From positions 1 to 54,479 of IMG/VR virus record IMGVR_UViG_3300027782_000111: a DNA stretch of 54,479 nucleotides. One strand, written 5' to 3'. Below the pieces are notes generated by a model that searched no databases, was not told where the DNA came from, and saw only the letters and a list, made by a program, of their open reading frames with translations. Made by a program: the position numbers and the translations under genes. Shown one piece after another: positions 1-10,697 of the stretch. The stretch comes from a virus (taxonomy: Duplodnaviria > Caudoviricetes). Every line of letters starts with the position of its first letter. The stretch's first letter is position 1.

Positions 1-1
1 C

Positions 2-280
2 ACAATAAAAGAAACAGATATAAATATACCTAAGCTATGCCCTGTATTTAAAGAGCCATTAGAAAAAGAATTTAGACCATTAGGTAAAAAAGGAGCGTCT
101 CCATATGCAGCGTCTCTTGATAGAATAGATAATACTAAGGGGTATATCAAAGGTAATGTTCAAGTAATAAGTACTAAAGCTAACACAATGAAAGGTAATG
201 CATCTCCTGACGAGTTATTGCAGTTTGCTTATTGGATACTCCTTACTTATGGACATTTAATTGATAAAGAAATAAGTTGA
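2..280 (+). CDS. HNH/His-Me-type endonuclease, C-terminal part (5' end outside window)
   Basis: Frame 2 is open to TGA 278-280 and reads ...IPKLCPVF...ASLDRIDNTKGYIKGNVQVISTKANTMK..., the SLDRID-x-KGY-x-GNV motif of phage HNH-like endonucleases. Not in the ORF track. Confidence 0.7.
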   Translation, partial: TIKETDINIPKLCPVFKEPLEKEFRPLGKKGASPYAASLDRIDNTKGYIKGNVQVISTKANTMKGNASPDELLQFAYWILLTYGHLIDKEIS

Positions 281-304
281 CAAAGTAAATAGTTGTGATA
301 TACT
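277..304 (+). promoter_or_regulatory. sigma70-type promoter with TTGACAAAGTAAA box over the -35
   Basis: TTGACA 277-282, 16-nt spacer, extended -10 TG-n-TATACT (299-304), upstream of the gene at 334. Confidence 0.65.
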
Positions 305-333
305 AATATCCTTAATGTTTGAAAGGAGAGAAT

Positions 334-738
334 ATGGAATTAGATGACAATAAGATAGAGAAGATGATGCAAGCTTCTGTCAATATGAGAGATAAGATTG
401 ATGAATTAGAAAATCAAATAACTGAAATTAAAACTCAGAAAGACAAAGTTGATTTAGCTTTAAACGAAGCATGCAGAACACTTAATGTGACTAGTTTGAA
501 AACTAAAGTTGGAACACTATCAAGAACTTTACGTACAAGATATTGGACGAGCGATTGGCCTGAAATGTACAAGTTTATAAAAGAAAATGATATGCCTGAG
601 TTCTTTGAAAAGAGATTAGTTCAATCGACAGTTAAAGAGTTTTTAGAACAAAACCCTGACAAAGCACCACCGGGTTTACAAGCAACAAGTGAATATACAG
701 TAAGAATAACTAAAAGTAGAACTAAGGAGGAAGTATGA
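334..738 (+). CDS. conserved phage replication-module protein (coiled-coil N-terminus)
   Basis: ORF track 319..738; AGGAG RBS favours ATG 334; ATGA overlap with the next gene. Confidence 0.7.
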   Translation: MELDDNKIEKMMQASVNMRDKIDELENQITEIKTQKDKVDLALNEACRTLNVTSLKTKVGTLSRTLRTRYWTSDWPEMYKFIKENDMPEFFEKRLVQSTVKEFLEQNPDKAPPGLQATSEYTVRITKSRTKEEV

Positions 739-1655
739 GTACAGAATTAGATGTATTTGGAAATACCGCAGTAGCAACACATACCCGTAGAGATGATGGC
801 TTCACTGCAAATATAACAGGTAGTTCATCAACTGCTAAACGTATTTCTATACGTGGTGGTAAATTTAGATTGATGGTTAACGGTAAAGAAGTTGAGAAGT
901 CAAATCAAGACGCACTCGATGTAGTTATTGTTAATGCATCACCACACGTTCATAGAATGTATTTTTCTAAAGCATACGTGCCAGGCGAAAAGATGCCACC
1001 ACCAACATGTTGGACATCTGATAGTCAAAAACCTGATGAAGCAGTTGTAGAGAAACAAGCAGAAAATTGTTTATCATGCCCACAAAATATCAAAGGTTCA
1101 GGCGCTAACGGAACTAAAGCATGTCGTTTTAGTAGACGTGTTGCGGTAGTTCGTGCTGATGATATGAATGGTGATGTTTATCAAATGACTTTACCTGCAC
1201 AATCAATATTTGGTAACGGTACAAAAGATTGTAAACCACTACATGAATATACAGATTACGTCCGTGCTAATGGTCAGAATTTAATGTCTGTTATATCACG
1301 CGTATCTTTTGATGAAGACTCATCAAGCACTAAGATTGGTTTTAAAGCTATTCGTATTCTTAATGATGACGAGTATGCAGTATGTGCCACGAAGTCAACA
1401 TCAGAAGAAGCTAAACGTGCAATTACGTTATCAGTAAACGTTAACAAAGATGAAGATGGTGAAGAGTTTGAACAAAAGAAACAACAACCTATTCAACGTC
1501 CACAAGTAGCCGCACCTAAAGTAGAAGATGATATTCCTGAACCTACAGTTCGTGCAGCAGAAAAACCTGTGGCACCGCCTCCACCTAAACCAGCAGCGCC
1601 TAAAGCAGACCAAGGTGATGTAAGTTTGGATGATCTAGTATCAGATTGGGCGTAA
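735..1655 (+). CDS. putative single-stranded DNA-binding / recombination protein
   Basis: 306 aa with Cys cluster (CW...CLSCP...CR), Pro/Ala-rich linker and acidic-aromatic C-terminal tail (DDLVSDWA) typical of phage SSBs; AAGGAGG RBS; upstream of primase. Confidence 0.55.
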   Translation: MSTELDVFGNTAVATHTRRDDGFTANITGSSSTAKRISIRGGKFRLMVNGKEVEKSNQDALDVVIVNASPHVHRMYFSKAYVPGEKMPPPTCWTSDSQKPDEAVVEKQAENCLSCPQNIKGSGANGTKACRFSRRVAVVRADDMNGDVYQMTLPAQSIFGNGTKDCKPLHEYTDYVRANGQNLMSVISRVSFDEDSSSTKIGFKAIRILNDDEYAVCATKSTSEEAKRAITLSVNVNKDEDGEEFEQKKQQPIQRPQVAAPKVEDDIPEPTVRAAEKPVAPPPPKPAAPKADQGDVSLDDLVSDWA

Positions 1656-1657
1656 TC

Positions 1658-1885
1658 ATGCGTGGTTACTCCCAAGTAGTTATCGAAGCAAACGCTAAAG
1701 CTAAAGAGACTACAGGGACACTTTTAGGTGCGGTCTGCATATCACTAAAACACCCTGCTAGTCAAGTAGCAAAAGCGCTTAACGTTTCACGTCAAACGGT
1801 GTATGATTGGTTTTCGGGTAAAGCAAAGCCATCAAGAAAACTTGACCAAAAGATTAAGGAATTGATCGTTAGTCTTACCAAGTAA
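1658..1885 (+). CDS. helix-turn-helix (Cro/XRE-like) DNA-binding protein
   Basis: ASQVAKALNVSRQTVYDWFSGKAKP is a canonical HTH; ATG 1658 directly follows the upstream stop. Confidence 0.8.
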   Translation: MRGYSQVVIEANAKAKETTGTLLGAVCISLKHPASQVAKALNVSRQTVYDWFSGKAKPSRKLDQKIKELIVSLTK

Positions 1886-1892
1886 TACCTTG

Positions 1893-1920
1893 GGGCAAAT
1901 AATATTGCCCCACCTATTTT
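1893..1920 (+). terminator. stem-loop, possible weak terminator
   Basis: GGGGCAA-ataata-TTGCCCC followed by a short T tract, in the intergenic gap. Confidence 0.4.
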
Positions 1921-1945
1921 AGCAACACAACATTTTGAGAGATAA

Positions 1946-4792
1946 ATGCAAACAAAAGAATTTTTACAACAAGTATGGCCTGATCAAGGATATTATTGTA
2001 TCCTCGGCAAAGACCAACAAAATGTAGTAGTTCCTAAGTTTATAAATTCCATAGATGAAGCAATTGAAGTAGTAAATAAATTACTAAGCGATAAGCAAGA
2101 CGTTTACTTTGCATGTTCAACATATGTTGAACCTACTGAACGAAAGAAAATAAATGCAAAAGAACAACGTATTTTATGGTTAGATATAGACTGTGGTTTC
2201 GATACAAAGAAACGTAAATGGAAAGACTATGAAACTAAAGACGCAGCACTTGTAGCGTTACGTTCATTCACAGATATAACACAACTTCCTGCTCCTACTA
2301 TTGTAGACTCAGGTAGAGGTATCCATTGTTATTGGCCTTTTACTGAACCTGTAGATAAAGCTATATGGCAACCTGTTGCTGAAGGTTTAAAGTTTTTATG
2401 TGCTAAACATGGACTTAAAGCTGATGGTGCTTGCACTGCTGACATGGCTCGTATCCTACGAGTTCCAGGCACAAAAAACTATAAAGATGTAGCTAAACCT
2501 GAAGATGTAACTGTGTTAAATCAAGGCACACCTACTCCGTTTGATGAGTTAGCAAGTCTTATACCTATACATCTTACCGATAAACCTAAAGCTAAACGTC
2601 CACTAGATGAAGCTACAAAAGCTATACTAGGAAACAATTCATCTAAGTTTATGAAGATTATTGAACGCTGCCGTAAAGAAGATGGTTGCGCGCAGTTAGT
2701 TCATATCATGACTAAACAATCAACAGTAGAAGAACCTCTATGGCGTTCAGGTTTATCTATTGCAGCTTACTGTGAAGACTCTGAGTCAGCAATCCACAAC
2801 ATATCTAAACATCACCCTGATTATGACTATGCTAGGACAGAAGCAAAAGCTAGTGCTATTCCAGGGCCACATACATGTAGACAATTTGAAGGCTTACGTC
2901 CTGAAGGTTGTGATGGATGTAAACATAAAGGTAAGATTACTTCTCCAATAGAATTAGGTAGAGTTATTCTACGTTCTAAAGGTGCGGATAATGTTATCCA
3001 AGCTAAGTCAGAAGAATTAGGTGAAGTTGTTACATATCAAATCCCTGATTACCCATTCCCATATTTTAGAGGAAAGAATGGCGGTGTATATAAAACTGTA
3101 GCTGATGAAGATGAAGAAGCTATTATGGTTTATGACTATGACTTCTATCTTGTCGAAATACTAAATGATCACGCTATTGGTTTCTGTGCATGGTTTAAAT
3201 TACATTTACCTCACGAAGGTGTCCAAGAGTTTATAGCACCTTTAACACAACTCTTATCACGTGAGGAAGCTAGAAAGATTTTAGTAGCTAAAGGTATTGT
3301 TAGAAATGGTAAGAAGTTAGATAACGTTATTGATTACATCATAGCTGTAGTAGATGCTGATCAAAAGCAAAAACCATCAACACCTATGTATAAACAATAT
3401 GGTTGGAATGCTTTATACAACAAAGTTGTGATAGGTAATCGTGAGATTAGTGCTTTTGGTACTAAGTATGTTCCTGTGTCTGAAGATTTAAACGATGTAA
3501 ACCCAGCCTTACAAAAGAAAGGGACTTACGAAGAATGGAAGAAAGCTATATCAGTTTATGAAAGACCTGGTATGGAGTTACGTGCGTTTGGTTTCTTTTG
3601 TGCCTTTGGTTCTTTACTTATGCCCTTTTTTAAATCTAAAGAAAAGTCAGCAGTAATTAATTTATATAACCCTGAGTCAGGACAAGGTAAATCTACAGTC
3701 TTACAAGCTATGACTAGCGTATATGGTAATCCTGACCTATCAGCTAAACTTATTCAAGTATGGGGTGATACAGGTAACTCAGTTATTAATCGTATGGGAT
3801 ACATGAATAATTTGCCTGCAGCAGTTGATGAGTTTACTAAAGTAACACCTGACCAACTACATGAGTTCTTAAAATTTATGTCAACAGGTCGTGGTAGAAA
3901 TCGTATGGGTAGTGGCGGCACAAATAAGGAAAGACAAAACGATACCGTATTTAATCTTATTTGCGTTGTATCTTCTAATACAGACTTTAGAACAGTTATG
4001 TTCTCATCAAATGCTAAAGCTTCAGGTGAGATGGCTCGTTTCTTACAATTACGTATTGATAAAGATACCAGCTTAACAAAGAAAGAAGCTGATGATTATT
4101 TTGGTAGACTATTTGATAACTATGGACATGCAGGGGAAATATATGCCCAATGGATTATATCAAATCTTGAATCTGTAAAATTAGCTTTAAAACAAACTCA
4201 AGAGAAGATAGATAAGGCATGGAACATAGCAGGGGAAGACCGCAAGTATTCTGCTACATTAGCTGCAGTATTTTTAGGAGCCCAGATTGCTAAACAATTA
4301 GGTATTCATAATATAAATCTAGAACCTGTTAAACAGGTTATTAAACTAGAGTTAGATAAATCTAGAATAGAGCTTAAAGCCCGTGACTTTGATGCTATGG
4401 AAACCCTAACTACTTTCTTACATGAAAATTTAAAGAACACTTTAGTTATTAATAGTGTCATAGACTCACGAACAGGGTTACAAGAAGCTCCTTTATTAAA
4501 ACCAATCAATGAATTACGTGTAAGAATTGAACCAGATACTAACACAATATACATTCCTGTAGGTATAATGCGCTCATACTTAAAGGATCTTGGTAACGTA
4601 GATTACGAGGATTTTATTAAAAAGCTAAAAGATAATAAGGTTTTGAAGTATAAATCAGGAGATTCTAAAGTGTTACAAAAAGGATTAGATATTAGCGGAT
4701 CAGGTGTTCGATGCATATGGATTGATAACTCTAGTTTTGAAGGACTTAAGACTAACGACTTACCATTGGATATACCACGAAGTGTTCACTAA
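1946..4792 (+). CDS. DNA primase-helicase (AEP/RepB-type primase + Cys-rich domain + DUF927-like P-loop helicase)
   Basis: Primase motifs LWLDID, DSGRGIHCYW, ARILRVPGT; Cys cluster PHTC...CDGC; Walker A ESGQGKST; Walker B AAVDE. Confidence 0.85.
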   Translation: MQTKEFLQQVWPDQGYYCILGKDQQNVVVPKFINSIDEAIEVVNKLLSDKQDVYFACSTYVEPTERKKINAKEQRILWLDIDCGFDTKKRKWKDYETKDAALVALRSFTDITQLPAPTIVDSGRGIHCYWPFTEPVDKAIWQPVAEGLKFLCAKHGLKADGACTADMARILRVPGTKNYKDVAKPEDVTVLNQGTPTPFDELASLIPIHLTDKPKAKRPLDEATKAILGNNSSKFMKIIERCRKEDGCAQLVHIMTKQSTVEEPLWRSGLSIAAYCEDSESAIHNISKHHPDYDYARTEAKASAIPGPHTCRQFEGLRPEGCDGCKHKGKITSPIELGRVILRSKGADNVIQAKSEELGEVVTYQIPDYPFPYFRGKNGGVYKTVADEDEEAIMVYDYDFYLVEILNDHAIGFCAWFKLHLPHEGVQEFIAPLTQLLSREEARKILVAKGIVRNGKKLDNVIDYIIAVVDADQKQKPSTPMYKQYGWNALYNKVVIGNREISAFGTKYVPVSEDLNDVNPALQKKGTYEEWKKAISVYERPGMELRAFGFFCAFGSLLMPFFKSKEKSAVINLYNPESGQGKSTVLQAMTSVYGNPDLSAKLIQVWGDTGNSVINRMGYMNNLPAAVDEFTKVTPDQLHEFLKFMSTGRGRNRMGSGGTNKERQNDTVFNLICVVSSNTDFRTVMFSSNAKASGEMARFLQLRIDKDTSLTKKEADDYFGRLFDNYGHAGEIYAQWIISNLESVKLALKQTQEKIDKAWNIAGEDRKYSATLAAVFLGAQIAKQLGIHNINLEPVKQVIKLELDKSRIELKARDFDAMETLTTFLHENLKNTLVINSVIDSRTGLQEAPLLKPINELRVRIEPDTNTIYIPVGIMRSYLKDLGNVDYEDFIKKLKDNKVLKYKSGDSKVLQKGLDISGSGVRCIWIDNSSFEGLKTNDLPLDIPRSVH

Positions 4793-4976
4793 CGGCGTAA
4801 ATTATCAGATTGATTGGCCTACATTTGTACCAGGCTCGTCTATCTTTATACCTGCTATTGATACTGAGTCAGCTATCAAAGCCATACAAAAAGAAAGTGA
4901 ACGACTAGAATTTCAGTTCGTTCACAAAATTGTTGTAGAAAATAACGTTAAAGGTATTAGAGTCTGGCGATTATAA
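4782..4976 (+). CDS. small hypothetical protein
   Basis: ORF track 4704..4976; likely start GTG 4782 overlapping the primase end; converges tail-to-tail with the late operon. Confidence 0.55.
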   Translation: MFTNGVNYQIDWPTFVPGSSIFIPAIDTESAIKAIQKESERLEFQFVHKIVVENNVKGIRVWRL

Positions 4977-7900
4977 TTACTCGTTAAACCCTGCTTGTTC
5001 TCTTAACTGTTGTATATATCGTGTAGTTCTATCATCATCTGCACCTGTATTAACAAGGTATCTGAGCATATCACGTCTCTGAGTTTCAATATTATTTAAT
5101 CTTTCTTTCTTATCTTTAGGATTAATATTGCTATCAGTAAGAACTTGGTTTTCATAGTCTCTTAATATTTTTAAGTTTTGTTCAATAGTTTGAAGCTCAG
5201 GTTGTAAATTAAATAACTTTTGTTTTCTTTCTACATATTCATTAAATTCTTTTTGACCTTTTTCATCTACTGAATATTTTTCAAGTTTTTTATAAGACTT
5301 ATAAGCTTTATTAACTTCATCACTTAATTCATAAAGATCGTTCATATCACGTGTGCCATATTGTTTAACTAAAAAAGAATTAAAGTTAGGCAACATTAAT
5401 AGTTTTTCTCTAAATGTTTTATCAGGAAGTGTTTCACCTCTCATATCAGCAATCATATTTTCTGTAAAGAAATTGATTACTGCAGAAGTTGAACCTAATA
5501 ATTCTCTAATAGCATTATCATAATATAAAGGAGACACGCCTGTAGATTCTCCTAATAGCATGGACATTTGCATAGTATGTTTAGGACTAAATTGCAATTC
5601 AGATTCAAGGCCTTCTTGACCTTGACCAATAATAGGTCTATCAGTATAGAAGTTATAGTTTAAAGATGCCTCCACTGCAGGTTTAGTAATTGCTGGCATA
5701 CCTGAAGGTATAGATATAGCCTTAATAAGTCCTGCTTGTAAGGCTTTATTCATCTTCTTAGAGTCTTCACTACGTTCAATAAATCTTTGATATAAATGTT
5801 CAGCAAATACTTTAAAGAATAAACCACTGAAGTCGGTTCTCATTGGAATCTTATAACCACCAGGCAGTATAAAGAAACTATCTCTTTCAGAAGGATCTAA
5901 CTTTTTATAGTCATCGTCATCACTCATTAGTGAACAATACAACAAAGTTAAAATCATTAATTGAGAACCATTCAATACAAATCGTTTAAAGTTGTTCCAT
6001 CGAGTATCAGGCGTGATACCTTCACCAAATACTGTAGCACCAGATACATGGAGTGCTTGTAAGTTAGCACCTACAAATGGCACAAGCTGTCTCATGATGT
6101 TAATAATTTGACCTGAACCTGTTCGTCTAAAGTTAATAATTTCTGCAGCTCTATGCATAGCTAAAGCTTCGTTACCTGTTTCTAACATAGTTTGTGAATA
6201 GATAGCTTGTCTAATAACATTATCAGAACCCATAGCCAGTGCAGTAAATGGTGATAAGGCAGCCTTTTTAATAGCTCTCCATGTTTTATATTTCTTACCG
6301 TCTTGAGTTGCTATGTTATCTATGCGATCATATTCTTTAGAGTAATCAAAAGAACCAACAATGACGGCTTCTTTTAAGCGCTTACGTGCTTGACTTAAAC
6401 CTAATGGAGATAGCGCTATTTCCTTAACTACTTGTAGAGGTAACATAATAGGGAACTTAACACCAGATAAAACCAGTGCCGATAATGTATCCTGACAAAC
6501 TTGTGATAAAGAGAATAGAGGATAAAGAACAATGTTTTGTCTTAACCAATGTGTATACCCACTAAAGTCTTTTAAACCATTAATTAGTGCAGGTTCTAGT
6601 CCTGTAAACCCATCAACCATACCCTTAGCATCAAAACCTTGGAAGTCATAACGATTAAGAACATTTCTCTCTTCACCGTTAACAATTACATTTTCCCAAA
6701 TCTGTACTGAATTGGTGTTAGCTATTGGACCACGCTTTTGACCTGTAGTCTTTTTAATGTCATCAGGAATATATTGTTTGTAAAAATCAATCTTAGTTTT
6801 AGCTGCTTTATTATTGATACCTTTTTTAATAATATACTTAACCCAATTGTCCATGTTGTCAAAGACATTATTGATCTCTCTATAACTACCTCTAAACTTA
6901 GGATCTCTAGCAGCATCAAGTAAACCACGTGTATGTTCTTTTCTACCACCAACATGACGTTCACCTTCTTCGTCTTCAAAGACACGATTAAAAGGAACGT
7001 AGTCCATGATTTCTAATAGCTGTTCTACACCCGCTGTATTATATAAACCCATGTCTTTAGCAAAGTTTAATACTTTAGCGCGAACATCATTCCACATATC
7101 AAACACATCATTAAGCTCAGGGTATTCATTTAATATTTCTAACCCTGCTTCTATTTCAGCATCAGTCATGTGAACTAGTTTAAAGTCTCTAGCTAGTTTA
7201 TCATTAGCTTCTTTACGTTTACCTTTATTTAAAAGTTTTAATACGTCAGTTTTAAGTTGATCATTATGTGCATTTAATCCTTTTGAACGTTTAGCAATAA
7301 ATGCAGAGCTTGCATATTCAAACATTTTTACAGGGTCAATACCTTTTTGTTTAGCTAACTTATCAATTCTATTTCTAATATTTTTCATACTAGATCTTGA
7401 GTTAGTAATTAAGAATTTAAATAGGTTAGGATTAAATTTAATGTTACCTCTTTCTAAGAAAGCCTCTGCCATCTCAGTACCATGTACTGCTTGTGATATT
7501 TCTAATGCTATATGAGCTTTAGCTAAGTCAACCATGCTAACCCCTGCTTTTCTCATAGCATCAAGTATCTTTTTGTTTATAGCAAAGTCAAATGAGAACG
7601 CCCATTTTCTAAAGTTAGTAATAGCTTGACCTGTAGATTGCACTGGAGCAGCTGCAAACTTTTGAAGTCTAGTTTGTTTAGGAACACGAGGTCTACGTTT
7701 CTGACCTGTTCTAGCATGTAATTCATCCATTTGATCTGGAGTTCTTTGTTCATAAACAAATGATTCGGCACTAGATGCTTCATCTTTTATTCTATCAAAA
7801 ATACCCGTTTTAGGACCTTCCATTAATTCAGGCACTACAGAAATAATATCATTTAATAAGGTATTTGATATGTCGCCTAAATTAAGTAGTTTTTTAATGC

Positions 7901-10697
7901 CTTCTACAAAGTCATTCCATAGTGAAGATACTTCGGCTTTACCTCCTTCTATACTTGGAAGAGAGGCTAAGAACTTTTGAAAATCAGGATTTGATAACGC
8001 TTCTGAAGTAAACTCAAATATGTCTTTTAATCCATATGGTTTTTCCATAGGTTTTTTTGAGAATACAGTTTTTGACCATGCTTTATACGCAGTGTTATAA
8101 ATCTTAACCATACGTTTACCCGCTTCAGTCTTACCAACATGTTCTGACGTAGTATATTCATGTGGTTGAAAACCAGCATTTTTTAGTTGTTTGCTTACAG
8201 AATGTTTAGTAAATACAGCTTTACGTAGAGCTGCTACTGTAGCAGAGTGTACTGCTTCGTGAAGAATAGTTTTAATATTACCTATAGATTTGTCTACTCG
8301 AATTTTATTTAAAAGACTATTAAACGTACCTCTAAAAGTAGTATTTTTTGCTTTATTAACTGTATCAACTTGATATTTAGTACGTATTAAATTAGGAACA
8401 TTTAATAATTTATTAATAAGTGCTTTTTCTGCGTCACTTGTTTTATCTGCATGTTCTGTTTGTATAATATTAAGAGCTTGTCCTAAAGTTTTAGCTTTAG
8501 TTGTAGTTGCAATAACTTCAGGTTGGTTTTCATTAACCGTACCTTCAACAGAGCCTTCAACATTAAACTCTTCTTTTTCAATAGCTGAAGGTTTAGATAC
8601 ATCTATTTTTTTAGCTTTACGAGATGCTTTTAATTCATTAATTGTTTGTTGAGCAACTGCAATATCATCTTCATTAGCAGTGCCATTTTGTAGTGATTCA
8701 ACTAAAGGATTAGTAGGGTCTAATGAACGAAGTAAATTACCCATGCGTTTCATGAGTTTAGTTTCTTCTGAATCAATTTTAAAGTCGGGTGCTAAATCTT
8801 CTTCAGATTTTAATACTTCATTAGCATTAGCTTCTTGTTCGTCTTTTTGTTCATCTACTTCATCAGCAGTATCTCTTACCCAACCTTCAGATACAGTACC
8901 ATCTGGATTAGTAGTAGAGAATCGTTTAAAGCCAGGAATAGTTATTGTTTTAGTTTCAGCTTCTTGATCTAATGTATCGTCGCTTGTTTCTTCTCCAGTT
9001 TGAGTGAGTCCAGCAGCACTTCCACTGATATCAACTGTAGGTCCGAAACGTCCTTGAGTTCCTCCGGGAGTTCCATATTTTTGTCCTCCAGATACTGCAT
9101 CACTAATTGTAGTTGTTCCAGTGTCAAGTCCTGCATCTGCTGCCTCAGCTTTCTGATCTAAAACATTTGTAAATGTGCTTACAGCTTTTTCGTTTATTTT
9201 ACCAGAATGTGCATCTAATGCATCCTCTAGTAGTTTTCGGCCATCTGGTGTAGATATGTCTTGACCTATTAATTGTTTATACGCTTTACTATTTTTGGTT
9301 AATCCCCACGAAGTTAACGTAGTATCAGTAAGTGTACCTTGATCAGGGGCTGGCATACTTTCAATATCTTGAGCTTCGTTAACTACTTGAGCTTGTTGAG
9401 CTGCTTTTAGTTTATCAGCGTCTGCTTGTTTTTGAGCTAATGTTTGTTTTGCTTGACTATCTAAATCAGTAAATATACTTTTAATTTGTGCATCACGAGT
9501 AGGATTAGCTTTCTTTTGCTGATCTTCTAATGTTTGTTTATGTAAATCATCTCTTTCTTTTTGATATATTTTTTGATTTTCTTTATATTGAGATATAGCA
9601 GTAATAGGTGCGGCTGTAGCAAAACCCGCTATAATACCTTGAGCGCCAGCTTCTGCAACACCTTCATCCCATGGACGACCTGTAGCATAGTTTTGAGCAA
9701 TCTGTTCTTGCATAGATTGAGGAAACTCTTCTAATGTTGATTCAGCAAAAGATGATTTAATTGATTGTGTTAAAACATTTTTAGCAGCAACTTTTTCTGC
9801 TTGAGTTGCTGCCTTACTTGTAGCGCCTACAATAAGAGTATCAATATCGGTTAGACCTAATTTTTGAGCAACCTTACCACCAAAAGCCCCTGTAAGTCCT
9901 GTCAAAATACCACTTATAATAGAAGTTGCTTCTTGTTTTAAAGATAAAACTCTGTCTTCATTTTGTAATCGTACTGACTCTGCCATTGAACCTGCTTGAG
10001 CAGTTGCTTCAGAAATACCACTACGTGTTATAGCTCCCATCTTTGGAGCTATTTTAGGAAGAATACCTCTACCGATAGCTAACTCACTACCAAACATCAT
10101 AGGTAAGGATTGCTCGATAACATCAAGAGCTGCTTCAGGACGTTTAGCATATTCCCATGTAGCTGCAGGAATTGATTTATACCAAGGTTTATCTTTAGCA
10201 GCGTCCTGTGCTGCTTTTTGAGCATCCATTATTTTTGCTAAGCGTTCAGGGGATTTGAGATTTTCTAATGAAGTTTGAAGCTCTTCATCAGATGGTGGCA
10301 CAGGAATACCATGACTTCTATAAAAGTCACGAACAACATCTTTAGCTTTACCTATATAACCTAAACTTATAAGGTCTTCAAGACCGGACATCATTTGTCT
10401 AAGACCAATAGTTCCTTGAGCTAGAGTAGTTGCTTGATCACCAAGAATTCTTCTAGTCCAACCAGATGGCTCTGCAGGGGGTTTTACTTCTTGGTCTGCT
10501 TGAGTTTGTTTTGGAGTTTCTTCAGGAGGAAGACCTATTTCTTCAGCAGAAAAAAGCTTTTTTGCTTCTACAGGTTTTTCTTTTTCAGGAGAAAGCCCTA
10601 TTTCTTCAGCTGTAAAGAATTTCTGATTAGGACTAGGTGCTTTATCTTCACTGCTAAGATCAAGACCTATCTCTTCAGCAGTGTAATATTTAGTCAT
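4977..10697 (-). CDS. large internal virion / DNA-ejection protein (polyvalent type, zincin-like HExxH domain)
   Basis: 1906 aa; last gene of the late operon; ILHEAVH...EFTSEALSNPDFQKFL metallopeptidase-like segment; three N-terminal [YF][TS]AEEIGL repeats. Confidence 0.7.
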   Translation of the reverse strand: MTKYYTAEEIGLDLSSEDKAPSPNQKFFTAEEIGLSPEKEKPVEAKKLFSAEEIGLPPEETPKQTQADQEVKPPAEPSGWTRRILGDQATTLAQGTIGLRQMMSGLEDLISLGYIGKAKDVVRDFYRSHGIPVPPSDEELQTSLENLKSPERLAKIMDAQKAAQDAAKDKPWYKSIPAATWEYAKRPEAALDVIEQSLPMMFGSELAIGRGILPKIAPKMGAITRSGISEATAQAGSMAESVRLQNEDRVLSLKQEATSIISGILTGLTGAFGGKVAQKLGLTDIDTLIVGATSKAATQAEKVAAKNVLTQSIKSSFAESTLEEFPQSMQEQIAQNYATGRPWDEGVAEAGAQGIIAGFATAAPITAISQYKENQKIYQKERDDLHKQTLEDQQKKANPTRDAQIKSIFTDLDSQAKQTLAQKQADADKLKAAQQAQVVNEAQDIESMPAPDQGTLTDTTLTSWGLTKNSKAYKQLIGQDISTPDGRKLLEDALDAHSGKINEKAVSTFTNVLDQKAEAADAGLDTGTTTISDAVSGGQKYGTPGGTQGRFGPTVDISGSAAGLTQTGEETSDDTLDQEAETKTITIPGFKRFSTTNPDGTVSEGWVRDTADEVDEQKDEQEANANEVLKSEEDLAPDFKIDSEETKLMKRMGNLLRSLDPTNPLVESLQNGTANEDDIAVAQQTINELKASRKAKKIDVSKPSAIEKEEFNVEGSVEGTVNENQPEVIATTTKAKTLGQALNIIQTEHADKTSDAEKALINKLLNVPNLIRTKYQVDTVNKAKNTTFRGTFNSLLNKIRVDKSIGNIKTILHEAVHSATVAALRKAVFTKHSVSKQLKNAGFQPHEYTTSEHVGKTEAGKRMVKIYNTAYKAWSKTVFSKKPMEKPYGLKDIFEFTSEALSNPDFQKFLASLPSIEGGKAEVSSLWNDFVEGIKKLLNLGDISNTLLNDIISVVPELMEGPKTGIFDRIKDEASSAESFVYEQRTPDQMDELHARTGQKRRPRVPKQTRLQKFAAAPVQSTGQAITNFRKWAFSFDFAINKKILDAMRKAGVSMVDLAKAHIALEISQAVHGTEMAEAFLERGNIKFNPNLFKFLITNSRSSMKNIRNRIDKLAKQKGIDPVKMFEYASSAFIAKRSKGLNAHNDQLKTDVLKLLNKGKRKEANDKLARDFKLVHMTDAEIEAGLEILNEYPELNDVFDMWNDVRAKVLNFAKDMGLYNTAGVEQLLEIMDYVPFNRVFEDEEGERHVGGRKEHTRGLLDAARDPKFRGSYREINNVFDNMDNWVKYIIKKGINNKAAKTKIDFYKQYIPDDIKKTTGQKRGPIANTNSVQIWENVIVNGEERNVLNRYDFQGFDAKGMVDGFTGLEPALINGLKDFSGYTHWLRQNIVLYPLFSLSQVCQDTLSALVLSGVKFPIMLPLQVVKEIALSPLGLSQARKRLKEAVIVGSFDYSKEYDRIDNIATQDGKKYKTWRAIKKAALSPFTALAMGSDNVIRQAIYSQTMLETGNEALAMHRAAEIINFRRTGSGQIINIMRQLVPFVGANLQALHVSGATVFGEGITPDTRWNNFKRFVLNGSQLMILTLLYCSLMSDDDDYKKLDPSERDSFFILPGGYKIPMRTDFSGLFFKVFAEHLYQRFIERSEDSKKMNKALQAGLIKAISIPSGMPAITKPAVEASLNYNFYTDRPIIGQGQEGLESELQFSPKHTMQMSMLLGESTGVSPLYYDNAIRELLGSTSAVINFFTENMIADMRGETLPDKTFREKLLMLPNFNSFLVKQYGTRDMNDLYELSDEVNKAYKSYKKLEKYSVDEKGQKEFNEYVERKQKLFNLQPELQTIEQNLKILRDYENQVLTDSNINPKDKKERLNNIETQRRDMLRYLVNTGADDDRTTRYIQQLREQAGFNE

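Noticed and set aside
1431-4554. Short ORFs inside or antisense to the SSB-like and primase genes
   Set aside because: Fully nested in well-supported genes, with no independent signals.
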